DNA from: Octopus vulgaris
Taxonomy: Eukaryota
Assembly (NCBI GenBank): GCA_951406725.2
Contig: OX597815.1
Coordinates: forward strand, 175,088,001 to 175,152,000
Length of the DNA stretch: 64,000 nt
Reading direction: 5' to 3'
Shown piece by piece: positions 36,701 through 48,195 of this stretch. The number at the start of each line of letters is the position of its first letter. The first letter of the stretch is position 1. The notes beneath the pieces are model-generated. The model saw only the letters and a program-made list of their open reading frames with translations, had not been told where the DNA came from and ran no database searches. Position numbers and translations under genes: made by a program.

Positions 36701-36830
36701 TGACAAATATAGCAGCAGGATGATAAAGAAACACTGAATGATTTTCTTAGAATCAGTTCAGTCAGGTGAAAGGAAGAGAATAGAAAGAAAAAACCCAAAC
36801 TATTTCTTGAGTTGTTGAGGAAAATGTTTG

Positions 36831-36892
36831 TTAATCCATTGATTCTAGCTTCTTCTTTAATTCTTCAATCTGTTGGAGAATTAGTTCTTTGG
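36831..36892 (-). CDS. TDRD1: TDRD1-like terminal coding exon (AKELILQQIEELKKKLESMD*), coiled-coil-like
   Basis: Poly-T tract plus gcag acceptor; phase 1; heptad pattern; TAA at 36831-36833. Confidence 0.8.
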
Positions 36893-38119
36893 CTGCAAAA
36901 AAAAAAAAATGTTTATTTTAATTTGTTGTCCTGTCTTTTATGTATAGAGCACCTATGCTGGTGTTACATTAAAAACACCCAGTACACTGTGTAAAGTGGT
37001 TGGCATTGGGAAGAACATCCAGCCTTAGAAACCATGTCAAAACAATGGAGCCTGAACAGCTTTCCAGCTCATTGTCAAGCCATCCAACCCATGCCAGCAT
37101 GAAAAACGGATGTTAAATGATGAGAATGAACTACATCTACACAGTGATTTACCAGTTCAACAGGAAACACATAGACACCCGCCAAGTGTTACAAGTGCCA
37201 CATTAATGGCAGTGTGAGATACAGCAGGTTTTTCTGTCACACTCTGTCTTAGTGTTAAGGTTAGTAAAACTATCAGACATAGCTGTAACCCCCTTAGAAA
37301 GGGGAGGGTGATGATTCAAACTAATTTTGTATGTAAGATAAATCAGAGTATCTCATCAACACCCTTCACGGGTGCAACAGTACAAGTCTCCCTAAAGCTT
37401 TCCACCCAGCAAGATAGAGAACAGAGTCACAAACACTAGGGTTCCTCTCTGTTTCCCAGACAGAAATGGCCCTTAATGTTCATATTGAACACCTGTACAT
37501 CTATAACTGCAATTAAGGACTATTTAGTGGGAGACCCAGATTGTAAGTGAAGGGGAAAGACAAATGCTTTAAACATTGTCTCTCTTGAACCCATCAGTGA
37601 GAGTATCTTTACCAACAAAAGATTACTTCTTTTGGCTGCTATTACATATGGTCTCACAGCTCCAAATGTTTCAATATCCAATGCCTGTATACATTATTTA
37701 CAATGGACAGACAGGTGTTATCTTGTTTGCTGTTATCATGTTTCGGCTGATGTACTCTCCAGCCTTGACCAGGAGTTCTGGAAATGGATATTTTTCCAAG
37801 ATACTTTCTTGTGAGCAATGGTGGTGGCTTTGTTAATTGTGTTCTCAATCTGGTCATTCGCAATGACATCTAGGAGATGAAATGTTTTCAGTAACCAGTT
37901 GTCCTTTATATCACTAATGAAAGGGAGACCGAAGCCTTTTGATCAGTGAACTGGAGTAAGTTATGTACGTTGATAGAGAATCTGAACAACACAATGCCTA
38001 CAAGATCTCCTCTTCCAACCATTTTGACATCAGAAAACATTTGGACTTTTTACTGTGTCTCAAATCACCAAATCTTTGAATTTCTTCTTTTTCTAAGGAA
38101 AATGAAATCAGAAACTTAC

Positions 38120-38296
38120 CAGAAACACTTTCATTTGATGGTGATGTAGAATTTGTTGCCCTTTCGTCCTCGTCCTCAAAGTCCTCCTCCAAGACAATAC
38201 TGTAAGAATTCAGAGTTTCACCAACCACTTCAACATTGATTGGTTGTTCCCGAAGTTGAAGGAGCTTCTCTTTTGTCCACTTTTCTTTTGATTCAC
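38120..38296 (-). CDS. TDRD1: TDRD1-like exon (GESKEKWTKEKLLQLREQPINVEVV...NESVS)
   Basis: atttag acceptor; CTG|gtaagt donor; phase 1-1. Confidence 0.85.
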
Positions 38297-38409
38297 CTAA
38301 ATGAAATGGAAAAGAATTTCAGTGCTTAATTTTTGCAGAATTATTCGTGGCAAGGGATAAAAAGATTGGCCAAATCCTAAATAAACGAAAAGACAGAAAG
38401 CAGATAAGA

Positions 38410-41400
38410 CTCTTTCCATCAATATGTAGGAAAAGAGTTAGAAGTAATTCCATTCAATGCACCCAGTGTAAGCTATGGACACATAAGAGGAGCAGTGGAA
38501 TTACAGTAGATTAACCTTTTCATTACCAAAGCCACCCAAAACTGCCCGTAATCACATATTCATATTTAAACGAGAATATCAGGGAAAATCTCAGTACATT
38601 CGTGAAAACACGTGATTATACTGCGCAAACAGTTCAGTTACAGTTTTGTACAACGATTGACGAGTAATTTTAATTCTGTGAATTTTGGGAGATTTTTTTT
38701 CCAAATTTGTCCCTGCTGTGTTTTGAAAATTTGTAATTCTAACAAAGAATGGATATGAATTTCATTCTGTCAAGCAGCAAGTCAGAATTCGAAGGATTTT
38801 CCACTGAAGACCTTGATAAATCTAACTCTATAGCTATAAAAAAAAAAATAAACAAATAAAAATAATAATAAAAAAACACGTGGTATTTGATTATGAATCT
38901 GATGTTTCATTTTCCGAAAGTGAAAGCAGTGAATCCAAGAGCTCCGATGACAGCAATAAAGAAAATGACTTGGCACCTGAATGGAGTAAAAAATTTTAAA
39001 ACTGTTTCTTTCAGTGATTTTCCTGAAGAAACTGGACCAAGTCACAGTCTTTCCCAGGAGAGCAAAGCTTTAGACTATTTCCTTTTACTTTTACCTATGA
39101 GCTTATTTGAAATCATTACAGCGGAAACAAACCGTTAAGCTGAAAGTAAACAAAGCAAAAAAAAGAATAGTTTGTGGTTTCCCACAAGCTTACATGAAAT
39201 AAAGGTATATTTTGCCATAAATGTTATTATGGGCATTAGCAAGCTACCCAGAATAACAAATTACTAGAGTAGCGATGAACCCTTTGGAGATGAATATGTC
39301 TTAAGTATAATGATGAGGACACAATTTTTAAAATTGACTCAGTATCTACAAATAAGAGATACAAGCAGTACACCAGCATGTGGAGAACCAGACTTTGATC
39401 CCTTATTTAAAATAAGACCCCTCATTGACTGTGTTCAAAACACATATAAAACAGTTTATAAACCAGGGAGATATTTATCTATTGATGAGGGTATGGTGGG
39501 CTATAAAGGCCGAATATGTTTTTGACAATATATGCCAGGAAAGGCCACAAAATGGGGGATCAAAGTGTGGAAGATTTGTGAATCAAACCCTGGGTACTGC
39601 TCTGGATTTGAATTTTATACTGGAAAATGAGACAATTATGTAAGTCAACATGGCTTAGGGTATGATGTGGTTCGGAATTTATCACTTCCATACTATAATC
39701 AGAGCCATATATTATTTTTTGACCGATTTTCCAGTCCGGTCAAACTTGTGGAGAATTTAGATACTGTGGCAACACATACATGTGCTACAGTGATCTCTAG
39801 TAGAAAATGACTGCCGTTGGATATAAAAAAAGCAAAATTAAAAATAAAAGGTGAAATTCAACAGCAGAAAGGTAATTTGCCAGCGACCGCATACAGAGAT
39901 AAGGGGCAGATCAATTTTCTGTCTACCTGTGCACAGCCACATGTGGATGAAAATGGCACGCCATTTGTGAACCTCGATTAAAACAGGTACATGGGTGATG
40001 TAGATCGGCTGAATCAGATGATGTCTTCCTATCCAGTTGGCAGACCAGGGAATAAATGGTGGCGATACCTGGTTTGGTATATAGTAAATGTGAATATTAC
40101 TAATGCACTTATACTATATGCCAAACTGGGATTGGCTCAAAAGTGATGCGACCATCTTCAGTTCTGTGCAGATGTAGCAACACAATTAAGAGCTGGTTAT
40201 TCCTAAAAAAAAAATAATTGTAGGGAGAAAAAACAAAGCCTGCCAGTGGGATATCCTTCTGAATTCAGCCTATCTCCATAAATTAGAAAAAAGCAGCGTT
40301 GCAAAATGCCTTCATCAAAAAACAAAAGCTCCTAGTGGCAGGGCTGTTGAAACAACTTTCCAATGTGCATTATGTAGAGCAGGGTGCAAGTTTTCATGAT
40401 AGGAATATTGTTTGATTTGTATATATGTGTGATTTGATTTTATAAATATTTTCAAATTTACTTCGTTTTTATTTTTATTTTATGTGTAATTTTAATTTAC
40501 CTGTAAGGTGAGTGATGAATTTTGATTAATTTCTTTTGTAAATCATTATTGTATACTTCTGTGTATCTATGTATGTGGGAGAGCTTATTTAATCTAGTTG
40601 ATGGTGTGTGTGTATTTTGTTTTCTAGTTTTCTTCACAGACAAATTCCAGTCTTTTGTTTTACTTATATATTTATGGTACACCTGTCTTTCGTGTTTTAA
40701 TTCACATGATGAATCCAGTAATGTGCACAACTCTTCTATAGTAAAATTTTGTTGTATACCCAATTGAATATTAGCTAATAACCCATTTTCCATAGCGATG
40801 TTTGAACAAAAATTTTAATAATTTTGTATTTTGTTGATTCGAGTCACTTTGAGACAAAAATTATGGTATAGGGTTGGTTGAGAACCTTTCGTTAAATTAT
40901 CTCCCAAAAATCACATTAATATGTTGATAAATAAAAAAGTTTAATGAAACCAGACTAAATTTATGATTATGTTAGAAATTAATTGAAACACATAAGGGGT
41001 GTATTTTGGTTAGAAATATGGAAATGAAAGGGTTAATAGATAAAGTAGTCTTCTTGTGTGACAGATGTAAAGGAATAATTAAACACTAAGGACACACAAG
41101 AATTAGACTCTTTCAAATTGTCCAGAAGGCTCTCTTGAGGTAATTGATAGTCTCTGTTACCTAGGTGACCAAATTAGCAATGGTGGAGGATGTTCTGAAA
41201 GTAATATTTCTAGAATGAGAATAAGGTGGAGGAAGCTGAAAGAGCTTTTACCTCTGTTGGCAAGAAAAGGACTCTCTGAGTGAAAGGTAAAATGTATGAT
41301 GCTTGCATATGAACAGCTATACTCCATGGTGGTGAGACATGGGCTCTGAATGCAGAAACCTTGTGTAGACTAGAGAGGAATAAAGGTAGTAAGCTCCATT

Positions 41401-41625
41401 GCATGTACATCAATGTGCACAGATGACAAAGTACCAATTTGTTAAGAAAAAAGTTGGGCATAAAAGGAATCAGATACAAGAGAGAAAACCGTTGGTTTGG
41501 ACAGGAGATGTGTATGAATGAAGACAGGTGTATAAAGTGCCAATCACTGAAAGTAGATAGCACCTGTGTAAGAGGGAGACCCAAGGAAACATTGGATGAA
41601 GTGGTGAGGACCGATCTTCAGAAAT
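38410..41625 (+). mobile_element. RTE fragment (38410-38514 and 41033-41625) split by the piggyBac
   Basis: PHD-coding sequence continues across the TTAA site into LEVIDSLCYLGD, HGGETWALNA, RGRPKETLDEVV. Confidence 0.8.
38515..41032 (+). mobile_element. piggyBac (PGBD4-like) transposon with pseudogenised transposase
   Basis: TTAA TSDs (38511-38514, 41033-41036); TIRs ccttttcattacca / tggaaatgaaaggg; LSIDEGMVGYKGR, QYMPGKATKWGIKVW, FFDRF, MGDVDRLNQM, KWWRYL; several stops. Confidence 0.92.
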
Positions 41626-41745
41626 TCATACAAAAAACTGAATTTTGTAAACCAACCTAATTACATGAATATTGTTTTAGAGGGGAAAAAATTATCATGC
41701 AAAATAAAATCTTGGATTAATTAAAAGAAAGTTTAATGTATTTAC

Positions 41746-41910
41746 CCGCCAAAGAACATCGAGCTGCTAATATCGGTATTTCTGCCAACTCATCTGTGAG
41801 AGGCATTATCTCGTCTTGGGTAACTCTACTACTACAACCAAAATCAACATAAAATACAGAAAATTCTGCCTTGGAAGCTGCCATCACTTTAGCTCGGTAC
41901 CATTTTCCAT
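41746..41910 (-). CDS. TDRD1: TDRD1-like exon, Tudor 4 core (DGKWYRAKV...FYVDFGC...AARCSLA)
   Basis: ttacag acceptor; GCGG|gtaaat donor; DGxWYRA and YVDFG motifs. Confidence 0.93.
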
Positions 41911-42637
41911 CTGTAAAAACAATGAAATAAAATCTTCAAACGATTCGGAATTATGAATCAAAATGGTAATTCAGGATTGAATTAAAATGTTGAAACATTT
42001 GTGGTTACAAAGCTTTAGCCTCACTAGTTCCTCCTCTCTTGCATTGTTCCAAGCTGGCTGTGATCAGACATGGAAGGCGGATGTTGAACAATGACGATAT
42101 GTTAAAAAAAACCCAAAAATTGAGTCTGTTATGAGGGAAATGTTAATTCATTAACAAGACTTACAAGTCCCACATTTATTAGTTTGATCTAAACAGGTTA
42201 TTGACGAGCAATATTCATTTTGTTTCACAAAATACAACTTCTATTATGCTGTTTTTAGCAGAACATTAAATTCTTGCCACAACTGTTCCTAGCTCATAAG
42301 TTATACTTGATATTTACAGGGTTAGGATGCGTCTGATCACAGCCAGCTTGGAACAATGCAAGAGAGGAGGAACTAGTTGCCTATGTTATGGCTGTCATCA
42401 TTAACACATTTCACAATTCCTGAAATCAGAGAATTAACTTTAATTTTTGATATTTTCTTAACTTTAACTTCTACAAACATCATTTCAGTCAACAGCAGTA
42501 TGCTCAACCATTTTTTTTTTTCTTTTTATGGACTCCTTTAATTCCTCTTTTACTCTACTGGGCTCCTGTTCCCACTTGAGAACAAATAGTTTACAAGGAA
42601 AAAAAACAACCCTGATTTATTTGAAACTAAAACTTAC

Positions 42638-42751
42638 CTGAATATTTACAACAAACAACTTCTCCAATCTCGGGCTGGATTACTGGATTCAGATGAGAAG
42701 CCTCACACATCTTATTCAATTGTTCAGTCATATCAGTCAAAGCTTCCATAG
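42638..42751 (-). CDS. TDRD1: TDRD1-like exon (AMEALTDMTEQLNKMCEASHLNPVIQPEIGEVVCCKYS)
   Basis: cttcag acceptor; CAG|gtaagt donor; PxxGExxCxxY Tudor start. Confidence 0.92.
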
Positions 42752-42879
42752 CTGAAGAGAAAACGGTAACTTTTAAACATGGAAAACTGCAAATCACACA
42801 AAAATCAAATGACAAGAATAAAGACATTACAGAACTGTGATATTATATGCATATCTCATTATTGTTATTATCATTAATA

Positions 42880-43108
42880 AGGCAGTGAGCTAGCATGCTG
42901 CACAAAATGCTTAGACATATTTCATTCATCTTTATGGTCTTTGTTCAAATTCTGCCATGGTTCACTGAGGTTTTTATCCTTTCAGGTTTGATAAAATAAA
43001 TCCCAGCCAAGAACTGGGATTGATGTAATAGATTCCCGCCAACTTACCCAAATTTGAGGCCTTATGCTTCCAGTAGAAAGGATTATTATTATTATTATTA
43101 TTATTATT
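42880..43108 (+). mobile_element. tRNA-derived SINE with (ATT)n tail; related copies ~15150-15240, ~28650-28860, ~44390-44490 (-), ~61160-61370 (-)
   Basis: gttcaaattctgcc B-box-like; atcctttcaggtttgataaaataa central motif; gtagaaaggattattatt tail. Confidence 0.65.
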
Positions 43109-43159
43109 GACTGAGAGAGCAATGCATGTCATCAAAGTGGCACTAAGGTATAAATATAT

Positions 43160-43890
43160 GAAATCCAAACCTTTTCCCCGGGTGCTGAATACTGTCCCAA
43201 TTTCCTATGTTCCCTCCCACATCCCTTCCCCAGTTTTCAAAGTTGGCACTGTCAATGTAGGCACACTGAAAGGTAGGTCTGGTGAGATTGCCGAGATGCA
43301 TATGGACGACAAGGACAGCTGTGTAAAGAAGTGCCAATCTCCAAGTGTGGAGGGAACCTGTGCAAGAGGTAGGCCCAGGAAGACATAGGACGAGGTGATG
43401 AATTGACCGAGACCTTTGGCAAATATGCCATGACTGAGAAGACCTGTCAAGCCAAGTGAAACCGCAGTCGTAGCACGTAACAAGCAGCCCATCAAATGTA
43501 GGGTAGTAGGCTGTGCCTGAGAAGACACATCAAGCCAAATGACATCATAGTTGTAGCCAATGGCAGAGACACATAAATGACACCTGTGCCAGTGGCACAT
43601 AAAAAGCACCCTTTGAACTTTGGCCATATACCGTGCTTGAGAAGATCTGTCAAACCAAGTGAGATCATTGTTGTGGCTAATGCCAGTGTTTCATAACTGG
43701 CACCCATGCTGGTGGTACATAAAAAGCAACCACTACACTCTTGGAGTGGTTGGTGTTAGGAAGGGCATACAGGTGTAGAAACCATGCCAAATCAGATTGG
43801 AACCTGGTGCAACTCCCTAGTTTTCTGTCAAACCATCCAACCCATACCAGCATGGAAAACAGACATTAAATGATGAGGGCGATGATGAAT
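43160..43890 (+). mobile_element. Internally deleted (bipartite) RTE derivative
   Basis: Endonuclease N-terminus FKVGTVNVGTLKGRSGEIAEM joined directly to the C-terminus HMDDKDSCVKKC...RGRPRKT and the 3' tail. Confidence 0.75.
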
Positions 43891-45086
43891 ATACTCAACA
43901 TGACCACCCATTTGATAACTTTACACCAGGCACATGCATCACAACCACATGTGTGCAACATGGTGACCTCATATCAAGATAAACAATGCATAACCTTGCA
44001 GGTGGGGCCCAGTTAACCCAAAATGTCTCTGAATAAAGGTTGTTTAAGGATGATGAATGAAACACCCATGTTTCCAGAGGTGAATAATTCAAACCCCAAA
44101 GAATTCCTCTCAATACATGGCTATGATGCCCAAGCACTACTTCTGCTCATCATCAGAGATACACATATCATAGGCCATAATCAACTGGTTACGGTCAAGC
44201 AAATCTGTGGTATTGTGCAGAATACTTGTTGTAGCCAATCTTTTATACCAAGACAAAACAATGTACATGATAATACTTGCAATCAGTTCAAATCAGAAGC
44301 CATGAGAGCCAGTGCCTGGTACTGCATCAGGGCATTTATTACTACTAAACTAATTATTAAAGAGTATTTGTTACAAATCCAGTGAACTTAATGTTGGTTT
44401 CAAATTTTGGCATAAGGCCAGAAAAGTTCAGGAGAGGAGACAAGTCATTCACATTGACCCCAGACTGGTACATATTTTATTGATCCTGATGTGAATTTAA
44501 TATTATATAATAAACAACTACAGCTGCAGACAAATTTACAGAGCTAAATCAATTAGCTTATTATTATTTAATATAAATTCTGTAAACTTTAATATTGTAG
44601 AACAGAGCTCAGTAAACAGTTACCCATCAAATCAAAAAGATGCTTGTAACCATTTTTCATTAAAAGGAAATGGAACTCAACATTGGTCATTACTACATAA
44701 TGACATATATGGACATGATCATAGATTCACTGCTAGTGTTTAATCCCAGATCAGTCCTGAGACTAATGGCTCTCAGTAAGAACGTCTGCCTGTCACCTAC
44801 ATCTCTACATCATACTATAAGCAAATGAAAATGTGGAGTTTCCAAGCCACACAGCAGGCACCTCTTCCAAAGACAATAATACAGGGAAGAGAAGAGCCTT
44901 TAGCCCAACCACAGAAATCTTCTCTAGTTGCTGGTGGTGTAAAAAGCAACACCCTGTAAAGTAGTTGGTGACAGGGAGAGTATTCGGCCAAGAAAAGAAC
45001 TATATGAGTGAAAGAACAAAGATAATATAGAGTCCTTAAGTCACATCAAACGTTACCCATCAAAGAAGACATCAAATAAGAACTTA

Positions 45087-45628
45087 AACATGAATGTTCT
45101 GCTAGAACAAATTATACTGCAGTAGATACCAAGTTTCATACTGGTTTTTGTTGCAAAATGCATGCTTGTTTATATTGCTAGCAGTGAGAAATTCCTACCA
45201 TCTCCAGCACCAAAACCACAAGATCACATGATTTTGACCTTCGGTGGTTTTGTCAATGATGGATGCTCAACCACTAGAGATAGCAGTGACTCATCTCCCC
45301 CACCAGCAATATTTTGAAAAACAGTACCAAAACCGGAACTGATGTCACAATTAGCCAGCGAGCTTGTTAAAAAAATAACACTGTTTTTCTATATATCACT
45401 GGCAAAGAGAGGAATAACTGCTATCTCTAGCAGTCGAGTGTCCATCATTGACAATAACAAGGAAGGTCAAAATTATGCAATCTGGTAAGTTTCCATGCTG
45501 GAGATGGTGGGGATTTATCTCCCCACTAGCAATATAAACAAGAGTGCATTTTGCACCAAAAGCCAACAGGAGAGTTTCTCACATGGTATCTACCACAGTA
45601 TAGCTTGTTCTAACAGAACATCCATGTT
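45087..45628. repeat. Long imperfect palindrome / foldback MITE-like element (~240-bp arms)
   Basis: 45087-~45325 is the reverse complement of ~45380-45628 (e.g. tgtcaatgatggatgctcaaccactagagatagcagt vs actgctatctctagcagtcgagtgtccatcattgaca). Confidence 0.85.
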
Positions 45629-46243
45629 GGGGGGGGGGGGGGGTAAATATTACTTTTCAGTATTAACACTGCCTCTGTTGCTTGTGTATGTTTTGTCAAA
45701 GACAACCTGTCCAGTGCTGGTCTGCATTGTAACAATGGCAAGGAGACTCAACAACAAAGTAGATTATTTATTTGGTTTACTGTGAAGGCACATGGTCCAG
45801 TGGTGAGGGTATTGCACACACACACAAATGTTAAGAGTATGGGTTCCATTGCCAGACTTGGTAGCATGTTGTTGTGTTCTTGAGCAAAACACGAAGAAAA
45901 GACCCATTTCTTCTATCTTAAAAGGCAACTAAAAGAGGTTGAAATAGGATTTGCACTCCAACCTCGTAAAACTGGAACCAGCAACAACTATTTGAAAAAA
46001 ACCCAACAGGTTGGAGGGTTGTCACCAGAGTGGTGCAGGGGTGTCATCGGCCAAGACTTGAAGGGAGCCACTAATAAAGGGCGGATGTAGCAATGCACAG
46101 TTTATAGTGCATCCCCCTCTCCCCCATACTACTACTACAATATGAGGACTGTGGCAAGTTACAAGATATTAACCATGCAAGATAATCTGCATACAGAAAC
46201 ATACAAAGAAAGGAATATAAATAAATGAGAAAATTTCACTGAC

Positions 46244-47676
46244 CCACTTCATCAAGTATTTGACAGTAGAAGCAGTCTGTGTCCACAACCCATTTACACA
46301 GCAGTTCATATTGTGTGTTGACCTTCAGCTGTAGACATCCCATGCTTTTAGCAAAATACTTTACTCTGTTTGCTCGTAACATATCTTCTTGACAAACTTC
46401 CTGTTTTGAAGTTTTGGTGCTTAGAGATAGCATAATGGATTCCTTTGTTTGTCTATCGTCAGGCAACGTTTTCTCAGAAGAAAACTGGTTCTCAAAATCA
46501 TGTTCAGCAGAGTCCCTATGATGTCGACGGCAAGAGGGAGGATAGGTCATTTGTGCAGGAGACGATGCATCCACTGGTTGCCCTTCAATGCTTTGAGGAG
46601 ACTGAGAACGAGATCTGAACGGGGATATTGAAAGAGAGCTAGCAGATTTTACAGAGTTTGACTTTGATGTAGCAGTGCTATTTAAAGACTGACTTCTGGG
46701 GAAATAGTCATTCGGAGCATTCTTCTCCAAGCTTTCTTCAAAGCAATCATTAACACAGCTGCCATCACTAGTATAAACAACAACTTCATAGACATTTTTG
46801 GAGCAGCCTTCTATCTTATATTTGCACACATTGTTGCAGATGAGCTGACTGAATTTCTCGTTGTCTTTAATACCACACACGCCAGGAAGATAGCAGTGTA
46901 AGGCTTGTTTAGGATAAGGAGTGAAATGCACAGGAAACGGCTGCAGTTGTAGTTTATCAACATACTCAGAGTTACCATAATCAACAAAAAAGACTTTATA
47001 TCTGCCATCTGCAGTGGTGCTGATTATCTGACCACGATACCACTGGTTGTCCTGTGAAAACTTGGCTGCAACCATTTCATTGAGACAAGGAGTATAACCC
47101 TTATGGTCATCTTTCTTTTCCAAGTAAGTATTGAATTCTTCAAGGAAACTTATCTGTTTCTCGCTGACAACAATTATATAAAATGAATCATTAAGGATTT
47201 CGACAGCCAAACCATCCAAGACCTCACCAATACTGACTTCACAACCTTTCAATTCTGAAGCCATGACTTTCAATGGGGAAGTCAACAAATCCATGACAGA
47301 AGCCTCTCCATTACAATCATACAAATTCCACTGACATTTCTTTCCACATCCCATGTATAGACCTAAAATACATTCTTTGGAAAAATCTTCACTTTTAGTT
47401 AAGGATTTTAAAATTTGATTGAATTTCTGACGCATCTTAAAAGAGTCATCATTTCTTCCAAAAAAATTTACACTTTCAAGTTTTGATGGAATACAAAGAC
47501 AAGGATAATCCAAACAGAAAGGCATGGCAGAACGACAATGTTCCAAGTGTAGCATCTTTTCTGCACCAAAATCTATCAGAGAAACCAGTAAAGAATCATT
47601 ATTGATGTCCAATACTTCAGCTCGGGCCCATTCTTGTGTTTCTAATTTTATCAAAACTAGCTGACCTTTGAAGGGG
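46244..47676 (-). CDS. TDRD1: TDRD1-like 1433-nt exon: Tudor 2 core, eTudor 3, Ser-rich linker, start of eTudor 4
   Basis: Inside ORF 46236..47771; ttgcag acceptor; GTGG|gtcagt donor (phase 1 needed by next exon); AAKFSQDNQWYRG...FFVDYGNSE. Confidence 0.95.
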
Positions 47677-48195
47677 CTGCAAGAAAAAGTAAAAAAAAAA
47701 AAATTATTGTAATCCATATAGAAAATATCACAAACTGTATAAAACTTGTGTACATATATCAGATAAACCATATGAAGAAACTAAACTGTGTCATCATTTA
47801 ACGTGAATTTTCTGTTTTGGATAGTTTGACAGGACCTGGCAAGGCTGGGACCACACCAGGCTCCATTCTATTTTGGTATGGTTTCTACAGCCAGATGCCC
47901 TTACAGAATGGGCTAAGGGCTTTGTGCCAGATTAAAGATATAGAGGGACATAGATAGGTGTCTTGCTGTTGAGCTGATACCCCAGATAGAAAATGGTAGA
48001 GATCGAACTGTGATGACATTCCTACAAGGAAATGTGGGGGAAGGGAAGAATATGGGTGAAATGACAGAGGTTTGGGGGTGGGATAGAAGGGAAAGTTTCA
48101 CAAAAGGAGAGATGTAGAAAGGTGACTGTAAAGGTGACTGTAGAAAGGTAAAGGTGAGAAATATAGGAGTGACTCGGGGGGGGGGGGGGGGGGGG

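Noticed and set aside
38749-40400. Possible domesticated PGBD gene
   Set aside because: Multiple stops and frameshifts, with TIRs and TSDs retained: a dead transposon.
43895-44345. 120-aa ORF (44023-44385) and surrounding sequence
   Set aside because: Looks like an unclassified repeat fragment; no motif I can support.
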